This document shows, piece after piece, positions 59,267 to 64,000 of a stretch of 64,000 bases of DNA. A model generated the notes under the pieces. That model made no database searches. It was not told the origin of the DNA and saw only the letters and a program-made list of their open reading frames with translations. The stretch is taken from assembly GCA_039679445.1 (NCBI GenBank), contig JBDKUY010000017.1:4065-68064 (forward strand), written 5' to 3'. Source of the DNA: Methanofastidiosum sp. Lineage in GTDB: Archaea > Methanobacteriota_B > Thermococci > Methanofastidiosales > Methanofastidiosaceae. The position numbers and the translations under genes are program-made. Position 1 is the stretch's first letter, and every line of letters begins with the position of its first letter.

Positions 59267-60663
59267 ATGATGAGCTGCCCAAAGGTTGGGTTTGGACAAG
59301 TTTAGAAAAATGTATCGAGGTCTTAGATAATCAGAGAAATCCAATTAATGCAGAAGAGCGAGAAAAAAGAATTAATGACAAGGATCAATCTAAACTTTTT
59401 CCATACTACGGTGCAACTGGACAAGTAGGCTGGATTGATGACTATATTTTTGATGAAGAACTTATTCTATTAGGGGAGGATGGCGCACCTTTCTTAGATT
59501 TTAGCAAAGATAAAGCTTATCTCATAAGAGGTAGATCTTGGGTTAATAATCATGCTCATGTTTTAAGGGCTATAAAAGATATTAGTGTTAATTCTTTTAT
59601 TTGTCATTATCTTAATACTTTTGATTATCATAACTACATTACTGGAACAACTAGATACAAACTTAACCAATCTCAAATGCGAAAAATAATGATTCCAGTT
59701 CCACCTTTAGCTGAACAACAAAGAATAGTAAACAAAATAGAAGAGCTTTTCACAAATCTTGACAAAGGTGTCGAATCTCTAAATTTAGTCAAATACAAAC
59801 TTAAGATATACCGGCAAGCTATTTTGAAATATGCAATGGAAGGAAAACTCACTGAAAAATGGAGAGAAGAAAATGAGGCTAAATTGAAAACAGTTTTAAT
59901 TATTTTTGAGCAATTAGAAGTAGAAGAAACATCTTGGTTAGATGGTAAATTACTTATTCCAAAAGAATGGAAATGGACAAAACTAGAAAAAATTATTTCT
60001 AATATTTCAAATGGTATTACGGAAAAACAAAATAAGGAAAAAATAGGCTTTCCTGTAACTCGCATAGAAACTATATCAAATGAGAATATTAATATGACTA
60101 GAGTCGGTTATTTAAAAAATTTAAACGATTTACAAATTGATAAATATAGATTAAAGATTGGAGATATATTATTCAGTAATATAAATAGTGATTCCCATTT
60201 AGGTAAGACGGCAGTATTTGAAATTGAAAATCAATTGCTTTTACATGGTATGAATCTACTATTAATAAGACCGCTTAATAAGTATATTTCGTCACAGTTT
60301 TTAAATTATTTATTTATGTTTTATAGATATTCAGGAATTTTTATTTCAATTGCCCAGCATGCAGTTAATCAATCCTCAATTAATCAATCCAAATTAAAAA
60401 ATTTAGATATACCACTACCTCCTCTCGAAGAACAAAACATAATAGTTGAACAAATAGAACAACTGTTCTCCCTTGCCAACTACATTGAAGAAACCGTTGA
60501 TTCTAAACTAGAACAATCCAAAAAACTTCGCCAGAGTATCCTAAAAAAGGCCTTTGAAGGAAAGCTTGTTCCACAAGATCCAAATGATGAGCCTGCAGAA
60601 ATTCTTTTAGAAAGAATAAAAATAGAAAAGTCAAATAAAGGAAAAGCTATTCAGGAGAAGTGA
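59263..60663 (+). CDS. hsdS: type I R-M specificity subunit
   Basis: Two target-recognition domains separated by conserved coiled-coil repeats (PLPPLAEQQRIV... and PLPPLEEQNIIV...). ATGA overlap with hsdR. Confidence 0.85.
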   Translation: MNDELPKGWVWTSLEKCIEVLDNQRNPINAEEREKRINDKDQSKLFPYYGATGQVGWIDDYIFDEELILLGEDGAPFLDFSKDKAYLIRGRSWVNNHAHVLRAIKDISVNSFICHYLNTFDYHNYITGTTRYKLNQSQMRKIMIPVPPLAEQQRIVNKIEELFTNLDKGVESLNLVKYKLKIYRQAILKYAMEGKLTEKWREENEAKLKTVLIIFEQLEVEETSWLDGKLLIPKEWKWTKLEKIISNISNGITEKQNKEKIGFPVTRIETISNENINMTRVGYLKNLNDLQIDKYRLKIGDILFSNINSDSHLGKTAVFEIENQLLLHGMNLLLIRPLNKYISSQFLNYLFMFYRYSGIFISIAQHAVNQSSINQSKLKNLDIPLPPLEEQNIIVEQIEQLFSLANYIEETVDSKLEQSKKLRQSILKKAFEGKLVPQDPNDEPAEILLERIKIEKSNKGKAIQEK

Positions 60664-62120
60664 ATATAATGTCTAACGAATCAATGGCTGTTCAAAAGCT
60701 ATGGAACTATTGCAATGTCCTAAGGGATGATGGTGTAAGCTATGGCGATTATGTTGAGCAGTTAACATACTTACTATTTCTTAAAATGGACGATGAGCAA
60801 ACTAAATCTCCTTTTAATAGAGTATCAAAGATCCCAAAGAATCTAGACTGGGAAAGCCTTCTAAAAAAAGATGGTGATGAGCTTGAGGTCCATTATAGGC
60901 ATATACTAGAATCTTTAGGAAAAGAAAAGGGGATGATAGGTGTAATCTTTAGAAAAGCCCAGAACAAGATTCAGGATCCTGCAAAACTAAAGCGGCTTGT
61001 CATGCTTATAGAAGGTGAAGAAACCTGGATGGGTATGGGCATCGATGTCAAGGGTGCAATCTACGAAGGATTGTTACAAAAAAATGCAGAGGATATCAAA
61101 AGTGGTGCCGGCCAGTATTTCACCCCAAGGGCCTTAATCAAATCGATGGTTGAAGTCATACAGCCGAACCCAGGGGAAACTATCTGTGACCCAGCTTGCG
61201 GCACCGGCGGATTCCTTCTAGCCTCACACGATCTTATATCAAAATATCCCTTAGACATTGACCAAAAAAAATTCTTGAAAGAAGGAACGTTTCACGGCTG
61301 GGACATAGTAGATAGTGTCGTAAGGCTCTGCACAATGAATCTCTACTTGCATGGGATTGGTGGAGAAGATAGCCCAATTATAACTGATGATGCCTTAGCA
61401 TCAGATCCAGGTGACAGATTCGACATCGTTCTCACAAATCCGCCCTTCGGGAAGAAGAGCAGCATAACAATTGTTAATGGTGAAGGGAAAATCGAAAAAG
61501 AATCTCTCACATACCAAAGAAATGACTTCTGGGCAACTACCTCAAACAAACAGCTGAACTTTCTGCAGCATGTTAAAACTCTATTGAAAATAAATGGCAG
61601 GGCCGCAATAGTTGTTCCTGATAACGTGCTATTTGAAGGCGGGGCAGGCGAAACAGTCAGAAAAAGATTGCTGCAGCAGTGTGATGTTCACACACTTTTA
61701 AGACTTCCAACAGGCATCTTCTACGCTCAAGGTGTCAAAGCCAATGTATTATTTTTTGATAAAAGGCCGGCAAGTGAAAAACCCTGGACGGAAAAACTCT
61801 GGATATATGATCTAAGGACTAACATTCACTTCACCCTGAAAACAAACACACTAAGATATGAAGATCTAGAAGATTTCATAAAATGCTATAACCCTGAAAA
61901 TAGGCACGAGAGAACAGAAACTGAAAGATTCAAATCGTTTACCTACGAAGAAATCATGAAAAGAGACAAAACAAATCTAGATATTTTCTGGCTAAAAGAC
62001 AATAGCCTTGGCGATTCAGAAAATCTTCCAGACCCAAAGCTCCTAGCTTTAGAAATTGCAGAAGATTTAGAGTCAGCACTTGACGAGTTTAAAAGAATAT
62101 ATGAAGAATTAGAAGAATAA
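60660..62120 (+). CDS. hsdM: type I R-M N6-adenine DNA methyltransferase subunit
   Basis: GQYFTPR, CDPACGTGGF (motif I), NPPFG (motif IV). Overlaps the hsdS stop. Confidence 0.9.
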   Translation: MNIMSNESMAVQKLWNYCNVLRDDGVSYGDYVEQLTYLLFLKMDDEQTKSPFNRVSKIPKNLDWESLLKKDGDELEVHYRHILESLGKEKGMIGVIFRKAQNKIQDPAKLKRLVMLIEGEETWMGMGIDVKGAIYEGLLQKNAEDIKSGAGQYFTPRALIKSMVEVIQPNPGETICDPACGTGGFLLASHDLISKYPLDIDQKKFLKEGTFHGWDIVDSVVRLCTMNLYLHGIGGEDSPIITDDALASDPGDRFDIVLTNPPFGKKSSITIVNGEGKIEKESLTYQRNDFWATTSNKQLNFLQHVKTLLKINGRAAIVVPDNVLFEGGAGETVRKRLLQQCDVHTLLRLPTGIFYAQGVKANVLFFDKRPASEKPWTEKLWIYDLRTNIHFTLKTNTLRYEDLEDFIKCYNPENRHERTETERFKSFTYEEIMKRDKTNLDIFWLKDNSLGDSENLPDPKLLALEIAEDLESALDEFKRIYEELEE

Positions 62121-62124
62121 TAAA

Positions 62125-62433
62125 TTAAAGAAGCTTATTCTCCTTCAATATCCTGATAACTTCATCATATACTTCGTTTAATTCTAATTCAGTTCTTGCC
62201 CCTGTAATGATGTATTTACCGTTCTTGTAGATTGTAACGTGCTTTCTTTCGCCGTGAATTAGGACCTTCACAAGAAGGGCCGGGTAGGTCTCAGGATTAT
62301 ATTCGGCATGAACAAAGTCAATAATCCCGTAAGCCTTTACTATATCTACATCATTTGGAAATCTTCCAGTTGCAACAATATTTGTTATTATAGGTCTTGT
62401 CCCAAAGGGTACGTCTTTCTTCATCAAAATCAT
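62125..62433 (-). CDS. single-repeat TATA-binding-protein-fold protein (half-TBP)
   Basis: IITNIVATGRFPNDVDIVKAY...AEYNPETYPALLVKV...IYKNGKYIITGARTELELNEVYDEVIRILKE is collinear with one TBP repeat (I.NIVA..DL...........YEPE.FPGL..R......L.F.SGK.V.TGAKS.EE...A...I...L). Only about 100 aa, so one repeat rather than the two of bona fide TBP. Confidence 0.6.
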   Translation of the reverse strand: MILMKKDVPFGTRPIITNIVATGRFPNDVDIVKAYGIIDFVHAEYNPETYPALLVKVLIHGERKHVTIYKNGKYIITGARTELELNEVYDEVIRILKENKLL

Positions 62434-62610
62434 CCTTCATTAGCTATATTATTAGTATTGTTGGCACTAGTATATAAGCTTTTATTTTTAACTTCTTTAA
62501 AATATAGCCCCTTGACTATTTTTTTCATAAAATTAAATGAAAAACAGTAATAAATATATATTAAGACGCATATTTATCAATTGGAATACTAAAAATATTT
62601 TAGTTAGATA

Positions 62611-63474
62611 GGTGCAACTCTTGAAAAAAAAACTCCAATAAATGAATCGGGATATGAACTGTCTCCTAATGAGGTGATTGAAGGAATATTCAGTGCTGCT
62701 CCAATAGGTATTGGTATTGTAATAGATAGAGTATTCGTTTTTGTCAATGACTTTCTTTGTAATCTTTTAGAGTATTCCAAAGAGGAACTAATAGGTAAAA
62801 ATTCAAGATTGGTATACTCAACTGATGAGGAGTATGAATACGTTGGAAAGGAAAAATATGGTCAACTAAAAAAATATATAACTGGAACTGTCGAAACAAA
62901 GTTTAAAACAAAATCTGGAAAAATAATAGATATAATACTTTCTTCTTCTTATATAGACAGAAATATCCCCTCCAAAGGAACCATTTTTACTGCACTTGAC
63001 ATCACTGAAAGAAAATCTATTGAAGAAAAACTCAAAGAAAGTGAATTAAAATATAAGAGGCTTTATGAAAACCTGAGCGCCTGTGTGGCTATTTATGAAA
63101 CTAAAGATAACGGAAATACGTTTATTATCAAAGGTATTAACAAGGCAGGAGGAGAAAAAAGCAAAGTGAAACTCGAAGAAATCAAAGACAAAAGTGTTGT
63201 AGAAATATTCCCAAGTGTGAAAGAAATCGGGTTATTTGACATCTTCAAGAAAGTTTACGCTACTGGTAAACCTGAGTATCTGCCAACAAGATTCTACAAG
63301 GATAACAGGATGTCCCAATGGGTTGAGAACTATGTTTACAAATTGTCTTCTGGCGAAATAGTGGCAATATACGAAGATATTTCAGAGAGAAAATTACCAA
63401 ATGATTTTCCAACGACATATTCTTTTGAGTATCCTAAGATATCTAACCAAGCACTACTAACGTTGATAATATGA
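62611..63474 (+). CDS. tandem PAS-domain protein without output domain
   Basis: Two PAS units (IFSAAPIGIGIV..NDFLCNLLEYSKEELIGK..ALDITERK and YKRLYENLSACVAIYE..YEDISERK). The start is probably GTG 62611 or TTG 62620. The last about 25 aa overlap a minus-strand PAS ORF. Confidence 0.55.
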   Translation, partial: GATLEKKTPINESGYELSPNEVIEGIFSAAPIGIGIVIDRVFVFVNDFLCNLLEYSKEELIGKNSRLVYSTDEEYEYVGKEKYGQLKKYITGTVETKFKTKSGKIIDIILSSSYIDRNIPSKGTIFTALDITERKSIEEKLKESELKYKRLYENLSACVAIYETKDNGNTFIIKGINKAGGEKSKVKLEEIKDKSVVEIFPSVKEIGLFDIFKKVYATGKPEYLPTRFYKDNRMSQWVENYVYKLSSGEIVAIYEDISERKLPNDFPTTYSFEYPKISNQALLTLII

Positions 63475-63569
63475 CCAGATTCATTTAATGACTGGAGCGG
63501 AAATGGAGATTTCTCAAAAAATATATCAAGTATTTGTGAATCTATTCCATCCTTATTCAGTTTCTCCAT
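63336..63569 (-). CDS. PAS-domain fragment ORF (77 aa)
   Basis: ILDIFFEKSPFPLQSLNESGHIINVSSAWLDILGYSKEYVVGKSFGNFL is a typical PAS N-terminal half. It lies 56 nt downstream of the histidine kinase ORF on the same strand and overlaps the tail of the plus-strand PAS gene. Confidence 0.35.
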   Translation of the reverse strand: MEKLNKDGIDSQILDIFFEKSPFPLQSLNESGHIINVSSAWLDILGYSKEYVVGKSFGNFLSEISSYIATISPEDNL

Positions 63570-63625
63570 TTTTGACCCTCTTAATTATTGCGGATAATAT
63601 AATTAATTAATGAATAATTATAATA

Positions 63626-64000
63626 TTATGCTTTCTTTAGTTTCAAGACAAACACTGCACCGCTCGGCCTATTGTCCTCAACGCTAATTTCTCCGCCATA
63701 TCTTTCCATGACTTTTTTGACTATGTAAAGGCCAAGGCCCGAGCCCCTAGTATCACCGAAGCTTTCTCCTTCTTCGAATATTTTGTCTTTTATATCTAAA
63801 GGAATACCTTTTCCATAATCGGCAATCCTCAGTTCACAGCGGCCATCTTTTTCATGAATCAATATGTCAATCCTATCAGTTTTTCCATGGACAATAGCAT
63901 TTCTGACAATGTTGTCTATTATGGCAGAATAGATGGCCCCATCACATAAAACAGTACAGTCTCCTTTGATACTGAACTTGATATGTGGATAGTTATTCAC
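63626..64000 (-). CDS. sensor histidine kinase, C-terminal HATPase_c part (gene continues beyond window end)
   Basis: N-box RNAIVHG, G1 DYGKGIP, and G2 GSGLGLYIVKK. The ORF is open at 64000. Confidence 0.75.
   Translation of the reverse strand: MNNYPHIKFSIKGDCTVLCDGAIYSAIIDNIVRNAIVHGKTDRIDILIHEKDGRCELRIADYGKGIPLDIKDKIFEEGESFGDTRGSGLGLYIVKKVMERYGGEISVEDNRPSGAVFVLKLKKA

Overview
This window is from a low-GC (about 33%) archaeal chromosome, and no single previously undescribed multi-gene system stood out in it; the most promising candidates are listed at the end of this summary. The core is a ribosomal-protein supercluster of about 19 kb on the minus strand, running from uL3 at 28820 down to rpoD at 10053. 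In order it carries uL3, uL4, uL23, uL2, uS19, uL22, uS3, uL29, aSUI1, RNase P Rpp29, uS17, uL14, uL24, eS4, uL5, uS14, uS8, uL6, eL32, eL19, uL18, uS5, uL30, uL15, SecY, the DUF106 membrane protein, eL34, cytidylate kinase, eL14, Cbf5, an RsmC-like methyltransferase, tRNA-Ser(GGA), uS13, uS4, uS11, RpoD and tRNA-Leu(GAG). Outside the cluster are translation and tRNA-modification genes: SepRS, Taw1, a Trm5/Taw2-like methyltransferase, RNase Z, prefoldin beta and eS15. There is also a set of salvage and cofactor genes: ITPase, NMNAT, CTP-dependent riboflavin kinase, thiamine pyrophosphokinase next to a ThiT-like transporter, UMP kinase and a cytosine-deaminase-like enzyme. Several secreted or disulfide-rich proteins are present: a CAP/PR-1 plus CARDB protein, an 8-Cys tandem-repeat lipoprotein, and a decayed C-type-lectin gene. 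A TrkH/TrkA potassium uptake pair is also present. A defence island (HepT/MntA toxin-antitoxin plus a type I R-M system in R-S-M order) is flanked by a solitary single-repeat TBP-fold protein and a PAS/histidine-kinase corner. No CRISPR array, transposase or integrase was seen. The most notable observations are an FtsZ-fold protein whose two GTP-binding signatures are degenerate, a stand-alone LplA C-terminal-domain (LplB-like) ORF translationally coupled to a BioB/LipA-like radical SAM enzyme, a uS5 with a 91-residue acidic N-terminal extension, and several frameshifted genes. All calls come from reading the translations; no database search was run.
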